Source of the DNA: Amoebophrya sp. A120
Taxonomy: Eukaryota > Protista > Dinoflagellata
Direction of reading: 5' to 3'
NCBI GenBank assembly: GCA_905178155.1
Contig: CAJINV010000003.1
Span: 11,040,339 to 11,104,338, forward strand
DNA length: 64,000 nt
A program made the translations under genes and the position numbers. Positions 48,342 through 62,200 of this stretch are shown piece after piece (within the stretch, counting starts at the first letter, position 1; the number at the start of each line of letters is the position of its first letter). The notes beneath the pieces are model-generated. The model saw only the letters and a list, made by a program, of their open reading frames with translations, made no database searches and was not told where the DNA came from.

Positions 48342-49362
48342 AAAATGACCGACGCCATGCAGTAGACGCAGACCCAGCACAATTAGAATTTTTACCGCGT
48401 CGGAGTTGTGCAAAATACTAAAGGCTCTGAGTTTGCCTCCAATGCCCTCGTTTTATGCATTTAATATCCATGCCCCGCTGCGTCGGCGATGCAATCCAGA
48501 AACACCCTGGGTGAGGACCGTAGCGGCCGCGCTCACGACAATAGGCATCACATACTAGCCCTAGCTCTTTTGCAATGCCAGTGTAAGCATGTTCATGCGC
48601 GTGGCGTGGCGCAGTTCTCGCCATGTCGACTAATTCCAAGCTGGTGCCTCCCCACCTGAGGCTGGCGTTTTCATACGGATAAATATGGATCTCCCTCTCT
48701 TCTCCACACAGCCGGGCTTTCACTAGCACTACCACGCCAACAGCTACGACTTGGCGGCTCCGACTCGCAACCACTTGGGTATGTTGGCGGCGGCGACGAG
48801 CAACCACCCGGGGACTTCGCGACACCTGGCAAAGGTGCACGCCCGGCGAGATGTGAAAATGTTTGCGACAGAACCAGGTATCTGGTGCTTTGCAGTCCGA
48901 GTTGCAGTCGCAGTGAAGATGTGCCTACTCTTTTTTTTTCTTGTCCTCTACTACCTAGCATTTTCATAGGGTAGTGGTCAAACTCAGATCGTCTGGTGGA
49001 AGAGAAGTATTTATTGTTTGTCTCGGCTTATCTCTAGCTCTAAGTCTTCGTCTGCGGCTTTTACTGTAGTCCTCAATCTGCGTTGTAATTTTCCAGCTCG
49101 AGCTCAACCACATGCGAGGACATTGATGTGCATCACGCGACATCTCTGTGACGGCATGCCCAAAGCCTGTACATGCCCGCATTGGTGGTTATTGTGCCAG
49201 ATACAAATGTAGCCGCAAGCCGCGTCGCAAATGGAAACTGAGCACGAAGGCGGAGCTAGACAGTTCTTTGTAAATAAAAATATAGCTCCTCTTCATGATT
49301 CATAAAGTCAAGAAGAAGAATAAACGTAATCGCACAACAGTGATCCAACGGCAAGCGCAAGC

Positions 49363-49950
49363 ATGGAAAGGGGAACGCTGAGACTCCAAATGCCGGAGTG
49401 CAGTCGAGAGCTTTGCGCAAGCAGTCGGAGCAGCTCGCAGGGGTGTGAGGACTCCGATTCTGCGGTAGTTGAGGAAAAGCAGAAAAACAAAGATCATGAT
49501 AGGCAACGGCAACAAAAGCGGACCCGTCGCTCGTCGGATTTCTCTTCGCTGAAACGCGGCTGTGACGACGAAAGCCTAAGCAGCACGAAGATTGGCAGTA
49601 AAGCTGACGGATCTGCTGGCCCTTGTTGCGAGCGTGAACAACACGAGCCGGACTCATCAGATTCGCAGTCTTCTCTCCGCGTGCACGTCACTGCGAATTT
49701 GCACGAGATGAAGAGGGTTACACTTACAAGCGTCCTCCGAGGACAGAAGAAATGGCAGGAACGCGGCAGAAATGAAGCGGACAGAGTCAGAGGCTCTTCG
49801 TTTCTGGCAGGTGATGCAGGAGACCGAGCTGCAGCTCGTGAAGGAGGGACAGAGAATGCGAATCCCAGCAGTGCGCGAATACCATGCGAGGACGAAGCCC
49901 GTTTTTCCAGCACGTTGCGGACGCTGGCGCTTGGTAAGACTCACAACTGA
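49363..49950 (+). CDS. Hypothetical S/E/R-rich ORF or exon
   Basis: 195-aa ORF with composition like neighbouring ORFs; ends near GGTAAG, a possible donor. Confidence 0.3.
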   Translation: MERGTLRLQMPECSRELCASSRSSSQGCEDSDSAVVEEKQKNKDHDRQRQQKRTRRSSDFSSLKRGCDDESLSSTKIGSKADGSAGPCCEREQHEPDSSDSQSSLRVHVTANLHEMKRVTLTSVLRGQKKWQERGRNEADRVRGSSFLAGDAGDRAAAREGGTENANPSSARIPCEDEARFSSTLRTLALGKTHN

Positions 49951-50089
49951 TTTCGCACTGCTTGTTGATGACGAGAAGTTTTCAGAGTTTTACCTGTTCT
50001 AATACAAGTTGCGCAATTCCTGTCGCCACCGATCTTTGAGAAACGAGAAACATAGAAACACACGAGGGGAGTAGATCTATCAATGCCGA

Positions 50090-52440
50090 TAGTCAGGCCG
50101 TTCCGGTTCCAGCCCGGCAGGCTGAGAAGGCCACAGACACTGGGGTCGAGCTGGCCAGGAGCAGCACCACAGAGACCGTAGAAGACGCACCCCGCCGCAC
50201 CACGACGGCGGCCCCCATGCATCCAGGCAAAGAACACGGGGGCAGCGGCAGAAGGTGCAGGACGACAGTAGGGGGGGCGCCCGTAGGTAGCGCCACGGCA
50301 ATGGCCAGCAGATGCACGCCCGCGCGCCCCCTTTGGCGAACGCCCCACGACGCGAAGAAGCCCCGCGGCGGAAGCCAAGGTGGCGGGCGCTTGCGAAAGT
50401 CCGGCCGCCCAGGCCCCTGCCCACCCGGAAGGCGTGGCGGCCGGGGAGGCAGGTGCCGCATTGGCCAAAGGAAGACGCCACATAGATCGTCGGGGGCGGG
50501 CGCGCCCGGGCGGGCCACGACGGCTGCCGCCACTGCCACACAGATCCGGCGGCGGGACAGCGGGAGAAAGGGCAGGGTGCAGAGGGGGGGTGTCCGTAGT
50601 TGCGCGTGTAATGCCGGGGCATGCGCCCCCGCCGCCTCGGCGTACGCCGGCCCCGCGGCGTCAAAGGCCGTGGGGACGATCATTGTTGAGCGGCCGCCCG
50701 GCCGCTTAGCCGCATACCCTGCCGGAGTGAAGGCCGCAGCGGCAGGGGCCGACTGTGCCGGAAGCGACGGCGAGGCGCATCCCGACATGCAACGCTGGCC
50801 GCTGCCACACAGACTGACATGGACGCACGCGCCCAAGCACTAGGCGCGCCGGCGAAGCGAAGGAAGGTCCGCGGAAAAGGCGCCCCCCCTGCTCTCGGGC
50901 CTTTTTTCCGCTCTCGGTCGGGCTGGGCTTTTTGCTTTCGGGCTGGACTGGCGCTTTCGGGCCTGGCTTTTGCTTTCGGGCCCGCCTGGTCTCCGCTTTC
51001 GGGCTTGGCCCCTGCTTTCGGGTTGCGCCTTCGCCTTCGCGCGTGGCGTTTCCGCTGCCTGCGCTTCCGGGCTCGGCTTTCGCATCCGGGCCCGGCTTCC
51101 GCTTTCGGCCTTGGCCCTGTTAGCTTCTTTCGCTTGTCGGCTTGGCTTTATTTCGCTCTCGGGCCCTATGGGAGCGTCAGGATCGAAATCGACAAAATCG
51201 AAAAAAAATTCCGGCAGTCCTTTGAGGGGGCCTCCAGGGCAACCCCTCGGGGACCCCTTTCGATTCTGACACACTCAAGCATACCGTGGTGGCTAGCTCG
51301 AAAAGGGCCGAGTGCGTCAGAATCGAAATGCGAAACACCAGCCCCCCTCCAGGGGGTCCCGGGATTTTTTTTCGATTTTAAGAATTTCGATCCTGACGCC
51401 TCCATAGGCCCGGCTTGTGTCTCCGGCCTTGGCTTTCGCTTCCGGGCTTGGCCTTCGCTATCGGGTTTGGCCCCCATCTGCTTTCTCGGACGGACGGGCG
51501 CCGCCTTTTTTCGCTGTCGGGCCTGGCGCCCGCTTTCGGGCTGGGTTTTGTTTCGCGTTCGTGTTTTGCCTTGCTTCGCTTTCGGGCTCGGCCTTCGCTT
51601 TCGCGCCCAGCCCTCGTTTTCGGGCTTGGCTGCCACTTACTTTTGGGCTTGGCTTCGCCTTCGGGCCTAGCTTCCACTGCCGGGCGTGGCTCTCGCTCTC
51701 CTCCGCTCTGGCGCTTGTGTTTCGGTCTCGGAGCTGGCTTTCACTGCCGGGCCGCTTTGATTTCGCAGCCGGGCCAGGCTTTCGCTTTCGGGCCGTCTCC
51801 TTGGCTTTCGCTTCGGGCCCCGCGTGGCTTCCCTTCGTTTTCGGGGCCGGCCTTCGCTGTCAGGCTCGCACGCTCGGCGAGTGTTAAGCAAGCCCCGGGC
51901 CCTGGGGTCTTGGGGCCGCAAGATTGAAGCACGAAAGCGCGAAGGGGCGACGCCCGAAAGTTTGACGCGCAAACACATCGGGCTCGCAGGCCGGAAAGAG
52001 GTCCGTCCCGAAGGCGCTCGAAAGCTCGAAAGAAGTCCCGAAAGGCCGAAAGAAGGCCCGGAGGCAGGGAGGCCCGCAATCCGCCGCGGCGGTTTTGGAA
52101 GCCCACACACAGCCTGGCTGTGGGCTTCCAAAGCCGCCGCGCCTGAATATCTCGAATCTGAATACCCCGAGTCTGAATCTCTCAAATCTGAATCTTTCAA
52201 ATCTGAATCTCTCAAATCGGAATCTCGCAAATCCGAATCTCTCAAATCTAAAATATCTCGAGACTCGAGATTCGAGCTTCGAGATTTGAGGTTTGAGATT
52301 CCAGATCTGAGATTCCAGATCCGAGATTCCAGATTTGAGATTCCAGATTCGAGATTCCAGATTTGAGATTCCAGATCTGAGATTCCAGATCTGAGATTCC
52401 AAGTCTGTTTTTTCGTTTCTCAAATATCGGTTAATTTGAG
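50090..52440. repeat. GC-rich composite repeat or probable transposon body with internal tandem arrays
   Basis: Abrupt GC shift; degenerate CTTTCGGGC arrays at 50890-51860; 15-bp TCTGAATCTCTCAAA array at about 52143-52255; 14-bp GAGATTCCAGAT(C/T)T array at about 52270-52400. Confidence 0.7.
51166..51407. mobile_element. MITE with introner-type termini, outside any gene, 242 bp
   Basis: CTATGGGAGCGTCAGGATCGAAAT..AAAATCGAAAAAAAATTCCGG / CCGGGATTTTTTTTCGATTTT..ATTTCGATCCTGACGCCTCCATAG; TSD GCC. Confidence 0.88.
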
Positions 52441-53339
52441 GTTTGTTCAGCAACTAGATTTATAATGACTCGTTCGTACTAGCGGCCGCGATTGCAACTC
52501 CAACGTAGGGCAAAGCGTCAAGAGGCTTGTATTCGATGCCTCGCTCGTCTGGTGTTTCTTTTGCATTGGTGGTCACGTAAGTTCAGCAAGATTTTGCTGG
52601 ATTTTGTTGTTGCAACCTGTCAGAGCTGGTCTTCTAGCAGCGGCTTGGGCTCTGTTATCAATCCGCGTTTATTTTGCGCGAATATGTATAGTGCTACAAC
52701 AAACTCACAGAGTGCTTCAGTTCCGATCCTCAGTCTTTCCCGCTCGTCAGCAAGAAGGAAACCGGTAGAGAACCGGACACGGATTCTGCTGCCCAGAGTC
52801 GGCGCGGGGAGCAGAATTGTCTTGATTGGGTTCCCGATATTGACCGCCCGATTGTCACGAACATGAATGGAAAAATCTTTCTAGTACTGCGCCCCTAAGG
52901 AAAGAAGAAGCTGCGTCTGCAGCGTGGTCCTTGTTATCCTCATCTGCCCTACATAAAGACCACCACGAGTTGCGCTTCATACGATTTGCAATTGCGTCAT
53001 CATGTAGCTGAGTATCATCGGAGATGGTGGAGTTCCTACAAACTTATTCCGACAGGGGTTCGTCTCCCATCCAGAAAACAACAATTCTCAATTGAACAAA
53101 AGCGCCTCTCAGGCGGCGCCTCCTGCTGTCAGAGGAGGTTCGACGCATGCTTTTGCCACATATGCTAGCGCGCCCTGATCGAACGGGTTTGATGCTAGGT
53201 TCGTTGTGGCACGAAAGTGATAGCGTGATAAACCACGCATTCGCATCTGGGGGCCGAGCTCCATTTTTTCCCTGTAGCAGCTAAGAATTTCGTTCTATAT
53301 TGGTTGCGCAGTTAGAGGCTCACGCTCACCGTGATCCCG

Positions 53340-56300
53340 TTGCAGAAGGTGTAGGGTCTTTCCTTGCATACTACGGACGAGGCCCGCCTTTCGTCTGAAC
53401 TGCTGGATTTGGAAGACAACTACGCAGTGGCAAGCGGCCGCGGACGGCATGGCTCTCCGGAGGAGGTCGCATACCGGAGGTATTTGCAGGAGAAGTATCG
53501 CGATATGCGCACTCGGGAGGTATCGTCCCGATTTCACTTCTATGTGGCACAGGAGACCTATGCATGGTTCCGTCAGTTGGGAATAATCTTCACGAAGATG
53601 CAGAAAGTTGCGCCTACAATTTTTTCGCATTCCCCTGCATGATGGAAGTTCATCATGCTAGATGACGAGTGCACTTTTTATTTTCTATTTCATTCCGCAT
53701 ACCAGTTGCAGTTGTCATGCACCTGGTGCATATCAGTTCCGAGGTGGCAATTTCCAACCTGACGCTTCCATAAGTCTGTTCGCCCCCTGTCATTTGCTTT
53801 CCCCGGAGAAGCGTCACAGGTGTTTCTGTCAGGGCCGACTCGTTGGCCGACTGGTGATCCTGAAAAAATTGCTCGGGACCTGAAAATGACTACAGCTCCG
53901 ACTAGTGGAAGCCTCGTGTCATTGTCTGCGGACCTAACTGGTGCAGGGGACGGGGACCACGCAGCGTTTGAAGTGCTTTCGTCCAGCAGCGCGCACGGAA
54001 GAGCTTCGGCATCCGCAACTTCTGCAGTTTCGGCGAAGCCGGTGCAGTCCCGTAGTACCGTGAGGAGCGTTGACGTCACCGGGTTCGCGCGGGGCGCTTG
54101 CGCACCTTCGCACCATGGTCCTGCATCAGTTAGTAGCGAAAGCTTCTGGGACAAATCAAGTAGCGTCCCCCGTTCGGCGCCTTCCGCGGCTTCTGTATTA
54201 ACACATAAGAACCGCGGCACAGCTGGTCTCGCGGTCTTGACGTCGGGGGTACGGACAACTCCACCCGATGGGGAAGATGATGACAAGGTCAGCGACGCCC
54301 CCGTGTTTAGCACGAACTGCGACGTGATCCCGCTAGCCGATCTGCTTTCCATCGAAATCCTTAGGCGACAACGAAAATCCTGCACCGACGGCCAGCTGCG
54401 GTGCGAGCCGGGTCTTGTCCCGCTCTATGCGCTGCAAATATCTCATCTGACGAGTAAGTTGTACCCGGGAAAGCTGTGAAGACGCCGGAGGTTTTTGATT
54501 CATGAATGAGAAACCGAGCGCCCGACGCCGCCAAGTGCAACGAATTGCTATTTAGGGGCAGCTCTCTAATTCATTCTGTTACGTGACTGAGAGGTCCTCG
54601 CTCCCGCCTTTTATTTGTAAATAAAGAAAAAGAATCACGCACTGTAGTTTCTTAATGTTTCGCAGCATCCAGGATAGTGTGCAGCAGGAGTGAGCCTTCC
54701 TGAGCGAGCTCAGCGACACAGAAAGTTATGCGATCTTCATCCGGGAGACCGACACCGCCTCCACAGGACATATTTGCAGCGCATACTTTTTTTGGGGATG
54801 CAAAGAGTAAGACAGCCACTGTGGGCTCTGTCCCGCCGTTTGTCGGAGAAGATGATACCCATACCATGAATGACGAAGAGAATACTGGGGCAGGAGGCCA
54901 ATGGACTACTACAGCGTCACCTTTCGCGAGGACAACCGGCGCCGCCGCGACTGAGGATATCTTGCCCGTCTTGGAGCCGGGACGCCAGCTGTATTTCGCC
55001 CTTACTGAATGCAAAAGAACTTCTAGCGACCGACCGGAGGACCGGCGCCGGGACTGGGACAGCAAGCGCAGTAATTTCGATACTTCTTCCTTCAGCTTCT
55101 ACGCATTGGCACGAAATTTCTGGGTCTCAACGACCTCGGCCACGCGGCCGACGCCGCCAAAAATTGAAACCAAAGTATTGCATGTTCTGTAGGCACTAAG
55201 TTTTTCTGCAAGTTTTTGCTCCGCTGTTCTTGAAGCTGGTGCTGGACGATGACGGGTAGCAAATTTGGATTTCTTGATGATGAAGTATCTAATGAACTAC
55301 GATGCCCCTGGCTCGTCTCAGTCAGAAGCTGGAGCTTTACATCGTTTCTCTATGTCGTACGAAAGTAGGTTGGAGCACGCTTCGTGTAGCGATCAGGGGC
55401 AGCAACAAGACGCAGCAATTGCATTCTGTGAGATATCCACGAGACCCAGATGAAATGTTTGTTATGGATAGCGAAGATAGTAGTAGCAACGCCCGAGGAG
55501 CTGCTGGCGCGTCGGCCTCCTCCTCGGTGGCACAACCTGCGCCAAGAACCGTCAAAACCACTCCAAAGGCCGCCTGCTACGAGGTGGTCCTTGTTGAGCA
55601 CCGTCCGTTACTCCAAAATCCTGTCGGCGGGTCCAGCAGCTCTGACTCCTTTTCCCATTCGCTTTCCCCGAAACTTTGGCGGGCAGCGGTCTTGGATGCC
55701 CTCGCCTCGTTGGTAGTGGGCGATATGACACCAAAAAAGAATCAGATCCGCGCAGCGGTGTCACAGTTGCGTGCGCGTTACCAGGAGCCGGTGCCCCCAG
55801 GGGATGCGGCACCAGGCAGAAGAACACCTCGACACAGCCACGGGTATGCTAGTGAACACACGGCGGCCTCCGAGTATTAAACTCCTGACTCGAAAACTTT
55901 CCCGTTCCTCGTACTCCTCGGTTGGGGTTCTCACGCTTTGATTTGTCAACCCCTGACTCACGCAGCAAACGCAACAAGCGACGTCCTTGTTCGTTGATCA
56001 TGTGCTTCGTCCTTCATAGTCATGTCATCTCGTAGCATTGATAGCGAGGCCGCCGGTACTTGTGCGTGTGGTTTTCATAGTCCGCGATGGAGAGCCAACG
56101 TCGCCCCGTCTCCTGCGGACCACCCAACTTGGCTGACGAGTCGTGCTGGAAGAACTTCGACCTACATGCGCGCGGAAGAGTCTGACCATCGACCCGCGGC
56201 TGTGTCAGCGCCCATTACACTACAACAAGCAAGCGAACCCCAACAATACGGAACGGGAACGGCTGAACAAGCAGAGGGAGAGGCGGCGGCGCCAGAGTTA

Positions 56301-56912
56301 TCCTCTTCCTAGCTTCAGCACTTCTAGGATCTAGAGGAGAGAAGTACTTTTTACTTTATTAAACTGCAGCGTGGCAGATTTGCTTTGGACGGTAGGGGCA
56401 GAAGTGTTGTCCTTTCCCTCCACTCTCTCTCTCTTTCGTCGTTTCTTGTTCTTCTTCTATGTCTGTAAAATCGGTTTAGAATTATTCCACATCAACAATT
56501 TAGTATTTTGTCTATTGCATGAAAGAGCAAGATAGATTAAAGGGGTATGATGTAGTATGCAGTGTTACATCCCTTTACTTTTTATCCGACACCACTTGTC
56601 TTAAGGTTCTTCATCGATCTTGTAGCTCCTGGCTCAAAAGACAAGTCGTGACATAGGACGCAAGGTTTTGGTGATAAAGATTTCGCCTCTTGCGCCGTGT
56701 CTGTGGCTTCGCCGGAGCAAAGAGATTACCTGAGCCAGAAAATGGTAGCCCACTTCGAACGAAGTGTGTCCCCAGCGGCAGAACTCAAATACCATGTCGA
56801 GGATAGTTTTCGACAGAAGTCGTGTCGCGAACTTCCTTTTTGGGATGTGATGATGCCAGATATTGAAGCCTGTATCTTCTGGGAAAAGAACAACACAAAA
56901 TCGACTTGGTGA
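53340..56912 (+). CDS. Probable multi-exon hypothetical gene; exons not resolved
   Basis: Coding-like segments at 53364-53610, 53820-54435, 54728-55180, 55437-55880, 56022-56312 and 56697-56912. Confidence 0.35.
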
Positions 56913-57355
56913 TGGCGCCTATCTAAGTCTACAACTACATAGACTCGAACTTGAAGAGTAATCGCAATCTCCTGCATTTCCTATCTCCTTGGTTGTTTTT
57001 TGTTTTTCGACGTGGTTGGGGCTCAATTGATTCCATTGCATTGATTCGCTCTAATTCGATTTCGATGCGCTGCGGAATAAAGCGGGCGGGGAGGGGTTGA
57101 AAGTGGTCTCTCTCGGTATAAAACTCCTTCAACAAAAGCATTTTCTTGTTATGCGAATCGAAACAACGAGACTCAGACTTGCGAAAAAAAAAAGTGGCGG
57201 CCGCGTCGCTGATTGTTATTGCTGTTTTAAGAAGCAAGAAGCTCCTTCGTCTCCTATGTTGGCAAGGAAGACACTTCTGAAGCTAGAAAGCAACACACTG
57301 AAGCTAGAAAGCAACAGACGAACGGACTCGCTTCGTTTCGTTTTCTTGCAACGTC

Positions 57356-57449
57356 CCATCATTGCCGTACTACTTAGTGCGATAGCGATGACTAGCTCTT
57401 GCAAAGTTCCATCATTGCCGTACTACTTAGTGCGATAGCGATGACTAGC
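57356..57449. repeat. About 42-bp direct repeat at the LINE target site
   Basis: CCATCATTGCCGTACT(ACT)TAGTGCGATAGCGATGACTAGC x2; partial third copy after 58223. Confidence 0.8.
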
Positions 57450-58208
57450 AGTGTCTTCCTCCCGGACCGCCCGGCCTGCAAGAAACTGCACAAAGAACTC
57501 AGCGCGCAGGGCGAAAGTCGCGAGGTCCAAGTAACTGCGGCAAGCCTACTAGGCGCCACCCGCTTCAAGCAACTCACCCCGGCCGGGCTTCTCGGCCGTA
57601 TTTGTCCCAAGTGCGACGCCGTTGCGGACACGCCGGCCCACTTCCTAGAGTGTTACGAAGTCGGGGACCTTGTCGGGCTATCGGACCCGCAGCGCCTGGC
57701 GCGCCTGTTCTCCTACGTCGCATACGAAACGCGCGCACACCAAGACGAGCGGCGCCGTGCCGCCGGCGGCGGCGACGCAGCCGGGCCACCGCCGCCCCAG
57801 CACAGGGGCAATTTTTGAGCACGAGGGGCATTTTGCCACCATGAACGTACAACCGTCACTACTTCTGGCCTGGTGCCAGTCGCACGTGGAGCCTGCCGCT
57901 CAGGCAGCGTCTCCCTACACACCGTAGTATAATCATTCTGTGCTGCGCACCAGGAGTGCGCCCTCTGATTGATGAAACTATAAGGAACCAGCGCAAGAGC
58001 CGGCCCGCCATGGTCACACCCTCCAGCGCGATGCTCTCCTCCAGCCTCGCGTCTAGATGTCGTGTTGCGTAGGTGGGTTTCGTTTCACTGTGCTTCCACA
58101 ACCTCGTTGTTCAGTGGGTCGCTGCCAGAACAGCAGGATCAAAGAGCGAGCGCCACGTCTGTTTGAAACAAGAGTGGATCAAATAAATAAAAAAAAATAA
58201 AAAATAAA
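57450..58208 (+). mobile_element. 5'-truncated non-LTR retrotransposon (LINE 3' end)
   Basis: 15-bp TSD ATAGCGATGACTAGC at 57435-57449 and 58209-58223; A-rich tail at 58181-58208; ORF remnant with the CCHC zinc knuckle CPKCDAVADTPAHFLEC. Confidence 0.85.
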
Positions 58209-59207
58209 ATAGCGATGACTAGCTGCATTATAACGTACTACTTAGTTTCCAAAAAAGCAGAGCTGGAGGATTTTTCATAATCCTCCAGCTCTGATTGTGA
58301 ATGAATGCGGAAATAATGTGACAGAAACTTTATATTAATATTATTCGATACGAAAAAGTTGTATAATAATTTCGTAAACCGCTGCGTGATTTCTCTTTCT
58401 GCGAATGGAAAGTCACTCTTGCCGCATTTCCTGATTTTTCTTATAGATTGTTTTGTGGTTGCAGGTATGACAATGAAAATACATGATGGACAGCGAAGAT
58501 GGCGGTTTAGCAACATGTCACTGTCATCATGTTTTGTGTTCTTCTTCTAATTATCCTCGAAGAGGAATTGGAATATTACGCACTCTGGCTTGTCGTAGTG
58601 TAGTATCGGTCCTCAATCCTCGAGTGTGCAGCTGCAATCTGTGTTTCGATATCTACTTTTTCCTCCGTATGATGTCGTAGAAGTGTTATTCTGTTCTTTC
58701 TGTGGTGTGTTTTTTACCGGCAGTCAAAGAAGAGGATCGACTACATATTCCTTGATCGTATCACGCAGAGGTCATCTCGATCCCGATCGTATCTACATTT
58801 ACATGTTTTATAATGTAGTGCTGACGTTTCGCAGCTGCTATAGTGGTAGCGGACGCGGAATTTGCAGAATTATAATGAAGCTGATGTGGATGACATCATG
58901 TTCTTCTGACTTCGGTTTTTCAAGCAAATCATAGCCCAATTGCAATTCTTGTCCGCTTTTTTTTCTGAGGCTCTAGTAGCACAGTGCCAGTTTATGATTA
59001 TGTTTGAGTTAACCGAAGACGCACATTCTTCCTCCATTCATATATTAGAGGCATTGACGATGGAAGAGCTCACTATAAATAAACATAATGTTGTTGCTGG
59101 CAAACGAAGACCAAGATTCGTGTTCGTGTATTTATGCTGGTCTGCCAAAAGTAATCGAAAATTGAAACTTACTACCTCCTGGCTGTGAAGGTGCTTATCG
59201 TTATCAG

Positions 59208-62200
59208 ATGGCGTCGACCGTGTCTAATGCGTTCACTCGCGCGTCGTTCGTTCTTTCTGTGTTGTTACTGCCTGGAGGCAGGTTCTTCCTTTTCTCCATC
59301 GCGGCAGGTGGTCATGAATGTCTTCGATCGTCGACCTCATCTTCAAGTCCCCTGCGAAGCTGCCTGCGGCCGCCCGCTTCCTCTTCTGCTATCCACGAGG
59401 AGAGGATAGTCGCAGCCGCTGGAGGCGAAAAAGAAAAAGCACCAGGCGCAGCCGGCGCGGAGACGGCAACAAGGTGCAACAAGCATAAGCAAGTGAATTT
59501 GACATGTACACCTAGAAAAGATGAAGCAGCGGGAGTGCCGCTGAAGAGTGTTCGCTTTGCGGAGCGGGTTGCTGAAGTCTATGCCTATTCGGACTCCCCG
59601 AACAGGGAAGCAAGATCGGGATGCTGCGCCGCCTGGGACGATGCAATAAATGACTCCGATTCATCCTCGGCGTCTGACTCTGGTGGTACGACGGCGCTGC
59701 TGGCGCATCGAGCGCATATACGAAACTAGCCCAGGCCCGAGCCCGACCTCCATGGATGGAATAGACAGGCGTGGCGAAGATGAAGATGGTGATCATGCCA
59801 CCTCCTTGCGTAGTCCTTTTCTGCTCGAGTTGAATCAGGTGCATGGACTATCGACACCCGGATACGAAAGGCCCGAGGAAGGAGGCGAATTCTCGTTAGA
59901 TTCTTCATCCAGCTTGATTCGTCCCCAGTCCTCGAAGAGAGGCTCACGAGGACGACCTGGCGCACCTTCATTCCTATCCACGGCTGCTCCTGACCAACAC
60001 AAACGGAGCCTTCAGTGCGGTCCCCCATTGCTGTGTGAAATAAAACATGTCGAACAAGACCAAGAAACGCCGGCTGTTGCACTGCATAGCGCTTTGAAGA
60101 CAATAAACGCTAACATTAACGAGTGTATGCCAACATATGCCACCAGCCAGCAAGACGGGGGAACGATAAAGAATACGAAAGCTGCACCAAGTAGACGGGA
60201 GTCTGATGTTGTGCTGGACGACAACGATACGTTGAAGGGCAGGAAAGGAAGCGACACCGATGAGCCGGAACCGGAAATCCAACTCAGATCAGACGCAGAC
60301 TTTGAGGCCATTGATGCAGAAAAAGAAATCACAATAAGCGAGAATCAAATAAACGACGAATCTCCGGACTATGCAACGAGCAACAGGAAGGGTTTACTCC
60401 AGCATGTCGATGGTGACAAAGAAGCATTGGAAAGCAAACGGTGTCTGCGCGGAGGAGTGCCTACTCGGTCCTCTCTGTTTTTCAGACAACCGACGCCACC
60501 TTGTTTGGTAGAACCTGAACCCTCGGATGCCATTACCATTTCGCAAGCCCCCCTGCCAGCAAGTGTGCAACCGCCAGCACCTGCCACACCTCGGAGATCG
60601 CGATTCAGATCAGTAGATGAACCAAGCTCATGTCGAAAGGCGAGATGTCTTCAATTGTCTCCAAGTCCAATTGGAGAAGATTTTGCAGGAGATGATGAGG
60701 GCACTAGTTCTAGTAGCACCAAGAAAATCCAGATTGATTCGCATGGCAACAAAGATGGAAAGAGCAACGTGCTTGGGCTGCACATCCAGGACAGGAGAGA
60801 CGAGAACCTCAGTTCTACTCAGGTCGCAGGATTACAACAAGAATTAGAAGAAGAAGGGGAAAACCTTTGCGAAACGTTTTCACGAACCGGTCCTCGTGAC
60901 GTGGAAACTTCCAGCAGTGGCACGCTATTCCAGTCGTTCCGGCCAACATCGTCCCCGCTGTCTTGGTTCGCGCTTTGTGGTCCTGCGAGAGCAACATCGA
61001 GGAGGTCCTCCACCTCCAGTGGTAGCGACAGTTCCTCATCGCTCTGGTCGAGTGCCGCGGCTTCGTCAGCTTCCCCTACATCAACATCTATGGAAGTAGA
61101 TGAAGAAGTAGACCAACATCGACATGATCGTGGTGGACAACCTCCTTCAAGAATACGCGACCGAGTTCGAGACTTCAAGAAAAATAGGAGTATGAATACG
61201 ATGTCGACTTCTGATTTTGGCGAATCAGTAGAATTGTCTTCGTCAAGAACATTATCATTAGTCCAAAGGATGGAGGCTCTTCAGATACGTGCAGACGGTG
61301 AAGACACGACCTCAAAGACGCACGAAATGAAAGGTCGCGATACTGATGAAAATATTCAGGAGGACACCACAAGAACAACAGAAGCTGAAACAGGAGCACG
61401 CTGCTCTCGGCTGCGACAAACGAGTGGAGCAAGTCGGAAAGCGAGCAACAAGGTTCGCAGCGAAGTCGCGAAGCAACGCGCTGCGAGCAAAAACGACCAA
61501 GGGACGAAAAATATCAGCTGCAAGAAGACCTCGACTCATGATCAAGATCGTGCTGTGCCGCAGGCGCAGCCGCAGGAGCGAGCATTACAAAGAAAGGCCA
61601 AGCATCAAAAATGGCCTCCACTATCGGGGAGGGCGCCTAGTTGTCCGGCCCCAGGTTCATCTTCCGAAGGAGCGCCGAGTGTACGATACAGGTGGTCCTT
61701 GCGGAAAAAACTTTCTGGCGCTCGATGTCCTTCGCGCAAGCGCTGCCGTGCCGCAATGCTGGCTGCCTTCACTGCGGTTCAGAAAACAGCTCGCGAAATC
61801 TTTTCGGATGGGAGCGACTTTGTGGCCATGGTTCTTGCCCTGTTGTTTCAACTTCTGACATGGCTACCAGCCGTTGGGAACTTGGTGGAACGGCTGGTCT
61901 GGTCCCACCACGCCGCCTGCCTTGTGTCTCGATGGTACACGGAGGAAGTGTACGAGTACCAGCGACGGACGGGACGCAGCTTCTTCTTCGGATTCAGAAT
62001 CCCGTCTCACCAGAACGATCGCATGTTCCGGAAAGGAAAGCATGCGCCGCGACGGGAGGCAGTCGTGCAAGCACGAAGGGGGAAGCAGGACGAAAAAGTA
62101 ACGGAGGTGCCGATTATACAAAGTAGAGGTCGACGCAGCGACGGGGAGCCGCTCACTTACGGAGCTTCGTCCGACATTGGCACCGGCGATCCTGAATGCA

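Noticed and set aside
49941-52453. Cluster of 100-280 aa ORFs, including DSDLR and ESLKS repeats
   Set aside because: Translations of GC-rich and tandem repeat DNA.
50072-52463. TAGATCTAT/TAGATTTAT as a 9-bp TSD of the GC-rich block
   Set aside because: Imperfect, and no convincing TIRs inside it; boundaries left undefined.
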